Notes: a model not told the origin generated them from the sequence alone. Positions 23,737 to 36,084 are shown, counted from the stretch's first letter. The stretch: 64,000 nucleotides of DNA from Tubiluchus corallicola (GCA_030141605.1 JAQGDQ010000036.1:372001-436000), one strand, 5' to 3'. Program-made: numbers and translations.

Positions 23737-26700
23737 TTACATAATGGTTAAGGAAACTGGTCGCTTATTCAGAGGTCGTTGATTTCTTTCTCTCACTGCT
23801 TTAATAGCTTCTTCTTTTGAAAATAAATCTATTAGTGCCTCACCAATGGGTGTCCCCCTGTTGTCCAACCCAATACGGATCGATCCAGGTATAATTCCAT
23901 AACCATCAAAAAAACCAATTATATCTTCCACATGAACTTCATGGGGAAGATTAGCCACGCGAATCGTTGCTGGTTGAGGAGGATGACCCAGTTCGGGTCT
24001 TCCATCACGTGGTCTGCGATACTGATCCCTGGGTGGTGGACCATCCACCGATCTCATGTTTATTGAACAAAAGTCTCTTGGTTTATTAAAATCGGCAGGG
24101 GTATCTAAAAGGGTGCGACGATTATTATTATCTGGAGGCTCACCTCTAGGAATTCGTTGAGAGGCATCAGGAACATGTCTGCTATCTCTGGCGTCTAATG
24201 CTGGATACATGTCTTCGTCAAGTAGTAGAGGTCTAGGGCATTCATTTTGGCCGTGACGTCCTCTTCCAAAGTGACTATCTCCATCACGTTTTAGAAAATT
24301 TAGTTCACGTGAAATGGGAAATTCATTGTGGTTGTCTCTATTATTAAATCTAGATCTTCGATTACTCCTTGATTCATACACTCTGTCTCTGTTACCCCTG
24401 GCATTAAATGGTGGCCTTGCACCTCTGTCATTCTCTATGAAATTGAAAGGTGGTCTCTCACCTCTATCGCCATGGCCTCTGTCAGTAAAAAGTGGACTTT
24501 CAGCCCAGTCGTCTTCCCTAGATTTGAAAGGTGGCCTTTCACCTTTATCATCATGCCCATGAAAGTTGAATTGAGTTTGTTCATCTTTGTTATCCATTGG
24601 GTGCTTTTGCTCATCAGTGGCCTCAAAAAATGGCTCACCTTGATTAAGATCTAGTGGGTCTTTATTCAACTCTATTCCAGTTTCTGGAATGTTTGGAATC
24701 AGGGGTCTTCTACCTCTGGGAGGCCTTATTGGAGACATTCTCATACCAAATTCTCCAAAGCCTGGTGATATTCCACCTGCAAAAAGGGATGGTGCAGGAC
24801 CCATAATACCAGGCATATTTGGTGGTGGAAATCTCCCCATAAGTCCCGGACCTGGTGGTATACCTTCAGGTCTGATAAGCGGCATTCTTTCTCTACTATG
24901 TTTCTCTGGGTGCATCCTTTGAAAATTTTGTGTTTCTTTTGACTCAGGCTGTCTCATTTTATTGTCAATGTCCTGCTTTTCATTAAACCCCTTATCTGCT
25001 ACTTCCAATTCTGTTTTAGGCTTATGATTTTCATCCTTCATGTCATTACTTTGTTGTTTTTCATTTTTACTTTTTCTTTCAGTCAATGAATTCTCTGGCG
25101 CCTCTTTTACTATTTGTGAAGTGACAGAAATAAGATGTTGCTGGATAGCTTTTTCCATCTCATCTTTTGTTGCTGACTTTAGTAAGATATATCGGGAGCC
25201 TATGTGATTCCTATTTCTTTCTAAAGCTTTAGCACTATCTTTTGGCGTAGAAAACTCAGCATATCCTTTTCCATCCATCATTAAATGAACACATTCTTTC
25301 CTCAATTCAATGCCTTTAAAAAAAGTTATTATTGCATCTACAGTAACATCTCGGGGCAAACCATGCATAAAGACGATGTTTGCTTCAACTTTTTGTTCAG
25401 TTGCCTTCAAGTCATTCTTTTCATCTTTGCTAACAGTTTGGTCAGGTTTATCATCACCTTCTTTCTTGTCAATATGTATTTTATCAACATCTTTTGTTTC
25501 TGTTGAACTATCAGGAAAAGCCTTCCATTTAGGATTTTCATTTGCTTTGTTGCCTTTATCTGCTTCATCATCATTAAGTACTTCAACAATTTTGTGTCCA
25601 AGCCTTTTCTTCGTGTAAGACAATGCTATTTCTACATCATTGCTTGTGGAGAGTGTTATGGACCCATTTCCAAGAGATAATCCACTCTTATCTTTTTCTA
25701 TTGTAATGTCACCTTCCTTTAACTGAAGTTTGTCAAAAAATTTAATTATTTCAGTTTTACCTATTTGGATAGGCAGGCCCTTGATAAGAATTTTGTAGTG
25801 TTTTGAAACCGTGTTTTTTGATTTTTCTTGATCTTTTTCTCTTGATGACTGACGAGAAGATCTGCTGCGATGTGGTGATCTTTTTTCTCTATCACTTCTA
25901 GACCTAATGGAAGAGTCTCTGTCTCTTGATCTTCTTGATGATCTGTATCTAGAATCTCTGTCCCTACGACTGTCTTCTCGAACATGGGGGCTTCTTCTAT
26001 CACGACTATATGGGCTTCTTCTATCCCTACTTCGGGATCTTCGCCTGTCAGACCTTCGAGAAGGGCTGCTTTTTCTATCTCGACTATGACTCCGTTTATC
26101 CTGCCTTTGTGTTGGGCTTTTGCTTTTTGAATAATCAGGAGGCTTAAATGGTTTTTCATATTGATTTTCAAGTTTTCCGCTGGCTTTGTGGTGTCCTAAT
26201 TCGGTACGACTATCAATATCAGACAATTTCACAGGTTCTTTGTCTTGAGGCAGTGCCATTGACTTAACAGATGTTGGCCCTAACTGGTTAGCAAATGACA
26301 GGTGTCGTGCATCTGCTGGACTTGCTCCTAATAAGCCATCTGGTTTATTGATAGGTCTACCATGTTTGACATCACTTGAAAAATTTTGATTTGGAAAATT
26401 ATCTCTGAAATGACCACCTGGACCAAATCTCCCTCGACGTAATTGATCATCCTCTTTCCTGATTGGCTTTCCTGTACCTGGATCTAATCTTGTTTCAAAT
26501 GGCTTGTCGCCAGATCGATCTTTGCTGCTATCAAGTCCATACTTTGGTTTATCAGAATCCCAATTTTCCATTCTGTTTTGCTCATCCAATTTCTGATACG
26601 GCAATGGTGGTACTCCTGCAGGTTCATCTAACAGTCCTCTTCGCCGCAACCCTACATTCTCAGAATTGAGGACATCCGTTCTCCCAATTTCTTGATCTTT

Positions 26701-29241
26701 TTCCAATCGGTTTGGTCTTTTGACATCTACATTAATGCTCATAAGATCAGGTAAGCTTCCCTTTCCAACATTTGGTCTGAACATGCGATCTTGCTGTTCA
26801 CTTATTAATGGCCGCCCACCTTGACTTTGCATATTGTTTGGATGAATGTTTTCTTGCAGTTCATTTTGAGGACTAAATGTGTTAATAGTTTGCTGATCTC
26901 TTCTGTCTCTGTGTTGATAATCTTCTCTTGTAGCACCATGGAATCCAGGTTCCATTTTTGTTCTAGTCTCTGGAATTCTATTAGGAAAATTTGGTATGTT
27001 ATGAATTTCATCAGTAGAGCCACTCCTAAACTGACCTGATAAATTATTTTGATAATCTCTACGTTGGCTCCATGGTTGATCTGAATCATCGTTTTTGTGT
27101 AAGGAATCTGTCGTTCTCACATGGAAACTACTATTATAAACATCTCCAAATCTGTTTGGTAGTTGCCTATGCATCTCACTGGTTCTATGAAAATCTAAAT
27201 CCCTTCCACGATTTGGATTTGGATTGTCACCATAATCTGCCAGATTTCTGTATTCAAAGTCTTGTTCTCTCTCATGTCTAGATTGAGAGATTTCTTTGTA
27301 TTTTGGATCAAATGCTGCTTCAAATGCTTCTACAGGGCATTGCCTTATATTAACAGGCCTTTCTCTAATGAAAGCTACATTGTTAAGCTGCAGAGCTTCC
27401 AGTCTGTCACGTTCATTGTTTAACTTTATATATGCAGTGCCACTGAAACGATGTCCATTGTGTGCTAGTTTCATGTCCTGCCATGACAAATTTATACCTC
27501 CTTGGTCAGAAAATAACTGCTTGATCTCTCGAAATGTTACAGATGGTGGTAAATTGTACATTTCTATACAATAAGTAGGTAAGCACTGACGTTTAGAATC
27601 CATGTTGATCTCACTTCTCATTATATCTCTGTTTGGGGGAAGTGTTCTGCCCATATAATCTTCACTTTGATTTTGTGTGGACATCAATGGCTTACCCCAG
27701 TATTGACTGTTAGAAACTTCAGAATTGGAAAATCTATTTTCCTGATAGGGTCGTGTATTAGAAAATTGAGGTGACAGCTGCTGACCATCCCCTATAAAAT
27801 GTCTTCCTTCCACACTGCCACTCATGTTAGAGGGTGCAAGTGTGTCAGTAGGACGATTCAGCATATGCTCTTCCATCATATTTCTTCCACCAATAAGAGA
27901 GGCTTGTTGCCTAGACATGTTACTTTGATTACTTACAGAATCAATTTCCTGGTAAGGAGTGAATCCTCTACTTCCCATTCTCTCCTGTACATGCATTGGT
28001 CCACCTGGCATTCTAGTAGTATTTGACGTGGATGAAGCAGGAGAATATTGGTGAAATTGTCCACCAGAACCAGGTATGTCAAAGTGAGTACTGGTATTTA
28101 TTGCAGCTGGGCCATTGATTGGATTAGTGGGACGTAACATGTTTTCTCTTATTTGCACAGAAGCTGCATTACCTTTGTAACCACTCACTGGGAAAGCATT
28201 TCCTGAAACAGGGCCAGAAAAATTTTCTTTATCGAACCTTTGAGCAGGTGCTGGTCCTTGGCTAACATAGTTCTGTCTCCACTGTTGAGATATATCTTGG
28301 ATGTTTCCTTCTGTTTGTCTTGTGTATTTTCCACCCCACTGTTTCTGTAGACCATCAACACTTGCTAGCTTTTGACTAATATAGTTCTCTTCTCTTTGCT
28401 GAAATTGGCCTTGATTGCTTCCTGGTATAGATCCAATGAATGAATCACTTGCTCGTTGTGGCGGAGTTTTACTGCTTCCGGGCACTTGCCAAGCAAAATT
28501 TCCTGGCTGCGTTGGCATGCCTTGACCAGGCAGAAAAGCCATCTGATTTGTGCCTTGCATATGAGGACTATAACTATACGGCATGCCAGTCTGACGTGCT
28601 AATGAGCCTGGTATATTCACTTGATTTTCGTTGTTCATTGAAGCTAGAATTCCAGGCTGTGGTGCAGGTGTATTAATCTGACCAAGCGCAGCTTCATTTT
28701 GTGGTGCACCTTGATTTGCAGGAAAGCATGGTTGAAACTGATTTGCAGGCTGTGCTTGTTGAGCTGACTGCAAAATATTCTGCAAATTCTGTACACTAAA
28801 TTGTCCCAACATTTGGGACAAAGGATTACTTTGCTGTGATTGCTGGGATTTGGCAATATTGTATGGGTCAACATTGGATTGTGGAGAAACTTCTTTGCCC
28901 AGAAGCTTATCACTGTCTGCACCAGTTGTTTGTTGACCATCTGATTTTTGCATTACTTCAGAATCCATATCAAGGCTTCCTCTTGCAGCATTAATCACTC
29001 TCTGCATTTCAGTCTTACTACTCAGTTTAAGTTTGATTTTGTTCCCTTTTATTTTGCTTCTATCTCGATCCATAGCTTGTCTGGCATCTTCATCTGATGT
29101 AAAAGCAATAAATGCATCACCTTCTTCTCCTCCGATAATATGTACACCGCCATCGGGAATGTTTAGCCCAGAAAAGAAATTGCGGACATCTATGGCTTTG
29201 GCCTCCCAGGGAAGATTTTGAAGTCTAATGATTACAGACAT
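23737..29241 (-). CDS. RBM12: RBM12-like RNA-binding protein, single coding exon, 1834 aa, five RRMs plus RS-rich and Q/P/G-rich low-complexity regions
   Basis: N-terminus MSVIIRLQNLPW...FFSGLNIPDGGVHIIGGEEGDAFIAF matches RBM12/RBM12B RRM1. Further RRMs start at CIEMYNLP, ILIKGLP, VFMHGLP and the C-terminal IRVANLP...IIGFFDGY. A splice acceptor tttcag| at 29257/29256 lies 15 nt upstream of the ATG, so the first 42 aa of the ORF-track ORF are likely intron/UTR. Confidence 0.9.
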   Translation of the reverse strand: MSVIIRLQNLPWEAKAIDVRNFFSGLNIPDGGVHIIGGEEGDAFIAFTSDEDARQAMDRDRSKIKGNKIKLKLSSKTEMQRVINAARGSLDMDSEVMQKSDGQQTTGADSDKLLGKEVSPQSNVDPYNIAKSQQSQQSNPLSQMLGQFSVQNLQNILQSAQQAQPANQFQPCFPANQGAPQNEAALGQINTPAPQPGILASMNNENQVNIPGSLARQTGMPYSYSPHMQGTNQMAFLPGQGMPTQPGNFAWQVPGSSKTPPQRASDSFIGSIPGSNQGQFQQREENYISQKLASVDGLQKQWGGKYTRQTEGNIQDISQQWRQNYVSQGPAPAQRFDKENFSGPVSGNAFPVSGYKGNAASVQIRENMLRPTNPINGPAAINTSTHFDIPGSGGQFHQYSPASSTSNTTRMPGGPMHVQERMGSRGFTPYQEIDSVSNQSNMSRQQASLIGGRNMMEEHMLNRPTDTLAPSNMSGSVEGRHFIGDGQQLSPQFSNTRPYQENRFSNSEVSNSQYWGKPLMSTQNQSEDYMGRTLPPNRDIMRSEINMDSKRQCLPTYCIEMYNLPPSVTFREIKQLFSDQGGINLSWQDMKLAHNGHRFSGTAYIKLNNERDRLEALQLNNVAFIRERPVNIRQCPVEAFEAAFDPKYKEISQSRHEREQDFEYRNLADYGDNPNPNRGRDLDFHRTSEMHRQLPNRFGDVYNSSFHVRTTDSLHKNDDSDQPWSQRRDYQNNLSGQFRSGSTDEIHNIPNFPNRIPETRTKMEPGFHGATREDYQHRDRRDQQTINTFSPQNELQENIHPNNMQSQGGRPLISEQQDRMFRPNVGKGSLPDLMSINVDVKRPNRLEKDQEIGRTDVLNSENVGLRRRGLLDEPAGVPPLPYQKLDEQNRMENWDSDKPKYGLDSSKDRSGDKPFETRLDPGTGKPIRKEDDQLRRGRFGPGGHFRDNFPNQNFSSDVKHGRPINKPDGLLGASPADARHLSFANQLGPTSVKSMALPQDKEPVKLSDIDSRTELGHHKASGKLENQYEKPFKPPDYSKSKSPTQRQDKRSHSRDRKSSPSRRSDRRRSRSRDRRSPYSRDRRSPHVREDSRRDRDSRYRSSRRSRDRDSSIRSRSDREKRSPHRSRSSRQSSREKDQEKSKNTVSKHYKILIKGLPIQIGKTEIIKFFDKLQLKEGDITIEKDKSGLSLGNGSITLSTSNDVEIALSYTKKRLGHKIVEVLNDDEADKGNKANENPKWKAFPDSSTETKDVDKIHIDKKEGDDKPDQTVSKDEKNDLKATEQKVEANIVFMHGLPRDVTVDAIITFFKGIELRKECVHLMMDGKGYAEFSTPKDSAKALERNRNHIGSRYILLKSATKDEMEKAIQQHLISVTSQIVKEAPENSLTERKSKNEKQQSNDMKDENHKPKTELEVADKGFNEKQDIDNKMRQPESKETQNFQRMHPEKHSRERMPLIRPEGIPPGPGLMGRFPPPNMPGIMGPAPSLFAGGISPGFGEFGMRMSPIRPPRGRRPLIPNIPETGIELNKDPLDLNQGEPFFEATDEQKHPMDNKDEQTQFNFHGHDDKGERPPFKSREDDWAESPLFTDRGHGDRGERPPFNFIENDRGARPPFNARGNRDRVYESRSNRRSRFNNRDNHNEFPISRELNFLKRDGDSHFGRGRHGQNECPRPLLLDEDMYPALDARDSRHVPDASQRIPRGEPPDNNNRRTLLDTPADFNKPRDFCSINMRSVDGPPPRDQYRRPRDGRPELGHPPQPATIRVANLPHEVHVEDIIGFFDGYGIIPGSIRIGLDNRGTPIGEALIDLFSKEEAIKAVRERNQRPLNKRPVSLTIM

Positions 29242-31569
29242 CTTCTGGCAAATGACCTGAAAATAAAAATATGGTATATTAAATTTACAATTCCCGAAAT
29301 ACATATTTAGGTCTGAAGTAAAAATCAGTAACACAGTAGCAGAAAATGGTCTAAGAAAGCTAGTCATTTGCAGCAGCTTTCCTTAAATGCCCATGAATCA
29401 CAACAGTTGTTGTAAATCAGATTTCTGGGCCAAGCAGTACTCTTACTTGCCTCTGTTAATTGGTTTGCAAGCTACTGGGATTTCAACAAAATTGTTTTTG
29501 AGCATTTTGGCCCCTTTCAACTCAACAATTTCTCAGTCTTCTACTGTGGGTGGCCACACAGATCATTTGTCCCTCCGCACTTTTCATGGAAATATGAAAC
29601 CCAAAATCGTAATCCAAATGGGTTACAATTCAATATATACAATTATAAGCAATGTTTAAAAATCATTGAAAAAAGCCCGACAAATTAATAGAAGAAACGA
29701 ATCACTAGCAATGGCCAAAGAGCTAATACTTAATTACATCGTCAGAATTAAAATATAAGATAGATGTCACTGAACTCATTTTACTGTTGTCTTCTTCACC
29801 CTGGGGTGTGTGGTCAAGCTCTACAGGAAGCTGCTGTCTGTCAGATAATTTGCAAACTGCAAGTGTTGAAATATTACAGCACGCCTAGAAGGTTAAGCTA
29901 AAGAATAACGAGTTACAACTGCACTAGACACCCCAAAATGGTCAGGCTCGCGTTGTTAGTTTCAACACCTGTTATCACGAAAACTTCAGAAGGTTCAATG
30001 TGCATAACTTTCGACAATTTACTGATTTCTACAAAACTTTGTTGAACTGGAGGTGTGTGGTCAAGGAAGAGAGTGTATTCGGGATCACCGACAGGAGTGG
30101 GGAAATTGGGGAGGAGTTCTTAGGAAACCTCAATTTTTTGCGAACAACCCAACAATCGCCAAAGAACGTATGCTTTTCACCCGTTGACGGAGACCTGCGC
30201 CTTACAATGCCATATGTCTAACACTGTTTAGTGAAGCAGCTTGTAATTAGAGCAAATAAAATGAGACAAAAATAATGCAAGAGCAACATCAGTGCTTCTG
30301 TGTCTACACGTATTACGCATGTTACATGTTTCATAAATTTACATAAACAAGAAAAGCTTCATTCAACAGAGTTTCAACAACCTTTCCTCACTAGAGTGCC
30401 ACTATAAACAACTTCCTAAGAAAATAATGTAGGCTGATTGATAATACCATAATTTTGTTTAAATGTTGTAGCCCATACTGCTAAGAAAAGCAACCCATGC
30501 CAAAGGATTAAGATGGAGTGCCAATTATAACATCGTGTAATTACAAATTTATATATTTTTTGGCAAGTTCGTTTTCCGCAAAAACTCATCAGTTTCACTT
30601 TACAGTTTTTGCTTATTGCGACCTCAAATTACCTTTGGTCTGGACAAAGATAGTACAGTTCTATAAGCCTTCTGATATGAATAATGTTCGAAAGCTGTGA
30701 TGGAAAAACAGCCAGTTAACAAACGACAAGAGGTCTAGTTTCACGAGGCAATAAACGAGAGGCTAGACCTAAATGTCAAAAATACAGTGATGTAAGTCCA
30801 TCTTTCAGAGACACAGATTCGAAGGTTCGGGACCTGACTATAAAGCTTCTATTGTTAAGTGATTTGTTTAGTTGCGCTCTTTGTTTTCATAAGCTCTGTA
30901 CCTTCCGCTTGCGATGTCATCATGAAACCCCCCCCCCCACCACCAATTATCTGTTGCCTGATACTCGAAATTGCAAAAAATCGTAAAACAAAAATCTAAT
31001 AGTCCGAGTACCTCTGTTTTTGTAATGGTTTGCATAACTGCCCAGAAAGCAAAAAGGTTTCGAGTTCCGAGTGTCACAACAGATCTAAGAATCTATTAGA
31101 CTTTCTAATTTAGTATTGCTCTACTGTATAATTATTTTTAACATTTTTTGGGCAGTGTTGCTTTGATAAAATAGGGAAATTAAAAATGATGTCTTGGTTA
31201 TAGAATAATACGTTACTAAGGATTAAAATGTTTCATTTTGAAACTGCTAAATAACACAAAAGGATAGACTTGACTCGAACAATAAGGACTCATCACTACA
31301 AACCTATTTTCAGGACAATAAGCAAAAGCATTTCGCTTGGAAAAACATTTCGCATAACAGAAAATTGATACATACAGTTTTAGTAGAGGGATAAAGAAAT
31401 AATTTTGGCAAACTTGATTTATAGATGATGATGCAACAGTGGAATGTAAACATGGTTACAAATTTTTACCTTATCATGACATTATTCATTAATTAGGCTT
31501 CCATAGTAAATGATCTAGAGTCTGGACTCTAGAAGAGAACACTAAAACGGTGGTGTCTATACCTTTCTA

Positions 31570-33131
31570 TAGGAGCGTTTTTTTTAAAAGACTAAAGTTC
31601 CAGTCTTAGCAATTTGACTGTGTTGAACCCGAAAAAACTGTTGTCAGATTGAAAAATTAGCGGAAAATTGTCAAAAACATAAAAAAACAAAACGGCCGCC
31701 AAATTTTTCTACAAATTATATAAACAAAAAAAAAATTCCCAGAAGAATATACATATTAAGAAACGACTATGACATCCGTGCCAGCATAGTTGATATTAAG
31801 CAAACCATTTCTGTTGATTTCACTTCAAAAATGACCTCCACATAACGGATCGCGATCATGCAAATGACGCAATTACATTACAAGCATCACTTAAAAGATT
31901 TATTGTAATCAGAAAGCAAAATTAATTATTTTATCAATTCGACCTTTACGAATCCGAAAACTGCTAATCCGAAAAGATTAAAACAGTCCAATAAGTGAAA
32001 AACAAAAAAACGACGTATATAGTAAGCAGAATGGTGAAAAATTCTCAATTCGCCTAAAATTTTGAAACTTTGCACAATGATAGAACTCATTAAGGTGATT
32101 AATTTTTGATATAGATCAATCAAAAATCCTCCAATGTGGCCACCATTTTCAAGATGACCGACAACATAGTTAGCATATAAAGGCCACATCTTAACTGTCA
32201 GAACATTTACAATAATGGTGCGAAGATGCAAAGGGAATCTACGCCTGACGCATCATCTATTTAGGATTTCAAGTAACAAGGCTTCTGTAACATATTAGCT
32301 ATGACGTATGTTCTACTTGAGAGAGAACGATGATTTAAGTGGCTAGATACGGATTTTAAGAACAAGGATTTAGGGTAGTATTATAATTATTCACATTGAA
32401 TAATAACAATATCAGCAATATAATGCATGCACGCCACATATTCAATCTTAGTGTCTGGTAAAAGAAGTAGAAACAAATAGTTCAACTCAGAATTTATAGA
32501 TCCTGGCATATGGATAACTTTACCTCTAACCAATCTATCAGATTCATAACTACATTTGCACACAGTTGTGCAAACAAGACTTGCTTGGACACATTTACAT
32601 CTGCCAGAGCAGCCTTTGGTTGCCTGGCAGCAAAAGTTAATAACTTATTGACATGCTTCGGGTCTTAATATCCAGCGTGGTTCCAATGTCACGTCAGGAG
32701 ACCTCTGTCAGCCCCCGTCAAATGGCAATGGTACACCTGCAGCAGTAATCAATGCCTGGTCGAACGCATTCTGTCTTATATACACCTCTCATGTGCTTCA
32801 ACAGCGCAGCAGATGTTGGAGGAATTGCGTAGGCGTGAATTCAATCGGATGCCGAGCTTTAGCAATGTTTCTTGAAGATACAAATGCTTCTGTTACTGCT
32901 TCAACACTTGCTATGTGAGCAAAGCTATTTTTCCCTCTCTCTGTAAATGATGGAGTTTGGTCGCAACCAGTACTAGCATGGGATGCTGACAGAGCTGATG
33001 CTTTTTTGGGGTACATAACATTCATGACGTTTACAATTTTCTAAGATATTGCCATTATAAGTTATAGCGACAGCCATCTTAAAAGTGGCAGCCATGTTGG
33101 ATATCACCGAAATCTTTGACCTTTAAAGCCT

Positions 33132-33162
<31 letters not shown>

Positions 33163-33507
33163 CAGATGTAAACTTAAATGGACATCCTATTTGCTAAGTT
33201 ATAGTTAATGTATTGCACAACCGGTTGCATAGATGTTCTTAGGCATCAGATGACCTTGACCTTACAAACTTATACTGAGACACCATCGTCATCTTATCTG
33301 CTCTAACAGAGAAGAGACGGCTTTTAAAAAACTAACTATCGTTGGCTATCTTAAGAAATGCCAACATGGGCGGCCATATTGGATGAGTTTCGCTGGCCTC
33401 ATGTCCAGAATTAATCATCTTTTGATTGGTTCTAGTAGTGTGCAAATTTTAATAACTTTTAGGAGAAAAGAGCAAGTTATTTACCATTCCGCAGGACGAT
33501 ATATCTA

Positions 33508-33551
<44 letters not shown>

Positions 33552-33955
33552 TGGCTAATTTTTGCTTATGTGACTGCTTAAGTAGTTTTGCATCCTTTTT
33601 GAGATCTGTTAGCGTCCTTTTAGATTCCGCAAGGCCGAACTGATAAAATAATTTGCCTTTTGTTTCTATAATAAACCTTTAGATGAAACACTTAATATAA
33701 GGCTCATTGCGTCATTTCGTATGGCATCATTTGACAACGACAGTTATTTTTGAAATGAAAGTAATAGAAATGGATTTAACTATTCTGGAATAGGATGTCA
33801 CAATCGCCCCTTAATGTCAGCTATATGAGATTTTCTTTTGACATTGCTTGTGCAAAAGGCTGGCAGCCATTTTGTTTCTGCTGGCAACAGTTTTTTTTAA
33901 AGCGTAGTCAACTGGTAAGACTGGCTACGTTCCTCACTTTAAAAAAGCCTCTAGG
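31570..33955. mobile_element. Long-TIR (~400-450 bp arms) non-autonomous DNA element hosting the Academ insertion
   Basis: ~31570-32000 is a diverged reverse complement of ~33570-33955 (e.g. ccagtcttagcaatttgact / agtcaactggtaagactgg; aaatgacgcaat / attgcgtcattt; attttatcaattcgacctt / aaggccgaactgataaaat). Confidence 0.65.
32020..33499 (-). mobile_element. Academ DNA transposon deletion derivative
   Basis: ~150-bp imperfect TIRs starting with TAG. Minus-strand remnants of the Academ C-terminus: ALSASHASTGCDQTPSFTERGK (FHAFTGCD-like), PTQ..LQHLLR and the Cys-rich GCSGRCKCVQASLVCTTVCKC (~32550-32615). Confidence 0.8.
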
Positions 33956-34829
33956 GTTGTTTCACTTCTGAAAATTCGTTTATACTAAGTGTGGGCAAAG
34001 ATATTCTCAATATACGTTATTTCAAACATCTTTGGGCCGATCAGAGTTCGGTAAAATAAGGGAGTTGACACCTTTTTGGTTCATGTCGGAGGAATTGAGA
34101 TTTCCGTGATGTAAATCCATGACTGTTTAAAAATGTAAAAAAGAGAAATCAACATGCTTATTCCGAAATTGTGGGCCGCAACTTTGTGAAAAGATTATGC
34201 ATTCCAAAATATGTTTGTAACAGATAAACAACATACACTGGTTTTAATTGCGTGGAGTTTTCGGTGAAGTCAAGTTGTGTTGCGCTGAAGTTTAGAGTTT
34301 ACATGAAGTATTTTACAAAACACGTCAGTTTAAATGCGAAAAGCTCATAACAGAAAAATAACCGCGTTCACTGAAAGAGGAAGCATACAAAAATACTACA
34401 GTATGCACTTTTATCGCATTATTTATCCAATATTCCAAACCTTACATGCAACACATACGCTATTTGCAGTTAGAATACGGGAGAAGTCACTTGAATCCCT
34501 TCAAGTCAATCTTAACTGATCGTTAGCTAGTGGCCTATAAATATTTTAACAAATGTTGGAGAGTCAGAATAAAAATGTTGGCTGATGACTGCAATGTGCA
34601 CATGAAATCTTACGGCCATAGGGCGAAAACGTCAAAAATCCTGCAAATACAATAAAATCATAAAATGGATCAGGGATTAAACTGTTATCTCTGTGTCAAA
34701 CTTACGTACATGCATTAATAAACTTATTTCAATATTCACACAAAAAAATTCTCAGAAAAAACGTTTTTGCTATGTGCTACGTTTATTTTAACTATATGTA
34801 TTAATAGAGGCATATGATCAAAAATTTTG

Positions 34830-35440
34830 ACAAATTCTTTAAGGCAAGAAAGTATATTTGTAAAGTAAGAACGATCAAATAGCGAATCATGTTGATCTTT
34901 GCACATAAGCAATAGTGAGTGATCACCACATGTGCTTGAATATCGAAGTTTGGCAATGCCAGGCCTGGCGACTGATTTGTTGGGTGACTACTTAGGAATC
35001 TAACTCTTAACCAGTTTCTTTTACTTTATTCATTCGTTTCTTCATTCGTTTCTCAGTGTTTAGAACAGATGTAGATGCGTCCGAATGTGACCGTGATACC
35101 TCAGCCAGTTTAGTATTTCATCTTCACTGCATGTCACCTTGTTAATGATATAGGATATGCCATAAAAGAATCTGCAAAAAATTTTGCTAAGGCGCATAAT
35201 TTATTCCGCAAGTTTAGGCCCCAAGATATTCACAAATCTATAGTTTGCAACGCCTTGGTGTTTTCATTTTCAACGTTATTTATTAAACCTTATTTCAAAT
35301 CCTGTCAAAATCGATTGAATTCGAAGTGATTATATGTTGCAAGTGAATGAGAAAAAGAAATTGCACCCTAAAACAATTTATAAAATTATAACAACTTTTT
35401 TCAAAACAAAATAAAAAAACAAAGTTGACTCCTTAAATGT
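34830..35440 (+). repeat. Dispersed repeat family, copy 1 (related copies at ~36290-36755 and ~39385-39460)
   Basis: Shared blocks include gcctggcgactgattt..ttaggaat, gcataatttatt, caagatattcacaaatct, cttggtgttttcatt, ttatttcaaatcct and gcaagaaagta..atagcgaa..ttgatctttg. Confidence 0.7.
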
Positions 35441-35516
35441 TGAGTCACTTGAATGATTTTGATTTCTGAAAATCAATAGTCAAAGCATTGCAGATGGTTA
35501 AAAAGCAGAAAGATGG

Positions 35517-35696
<180 letters not shown>

Positions 35697-36084
35697 GTGC
35701 AGAATGGAAAAATTATTCAACCATTTGAAAATGTAAAAATAATATGTACTGTAAATTCAGACTGGTATAGAAGACGAAAGCTGAAGATGTAACACATTTT
35801 CTCCTAACAAATCAAAGAATACGAGCAAAAAAAATAAATGGTAAAAAACGTAGACCCACAACTGAAATATGTTTCTTTGATTAGGTCTGCAGATAATTTC
35901 GCGCCACAAAATTGCCAAAAGACTGTAATCGCTTTTGTGTCAGACACAAGCTGCAAGGCAGTAAATAGAGGTGCGCAGTAGAGGTTTGGTTCAGTTTATT
36001 TTGGTTCAGAGAAAATTTGCTACTAGGAATTTTTGACACTGGGAAAATTGGATACAGGGAAATGCGATGTGCTGATGGGGTAGA

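Noticed and set aside
24314-29221. Many short ORFs antisense or out of frame to RBM12
   Set aside because: Shadow ORFs of a long coding exon with no recognisable motifs.
29242-29367. N-terminal 42 aa of the 1876-aa ORF
   Set aside because: It spans a splice acceptor (tttcag at 29257), and RBM12 homology begins at MSVIIRL.
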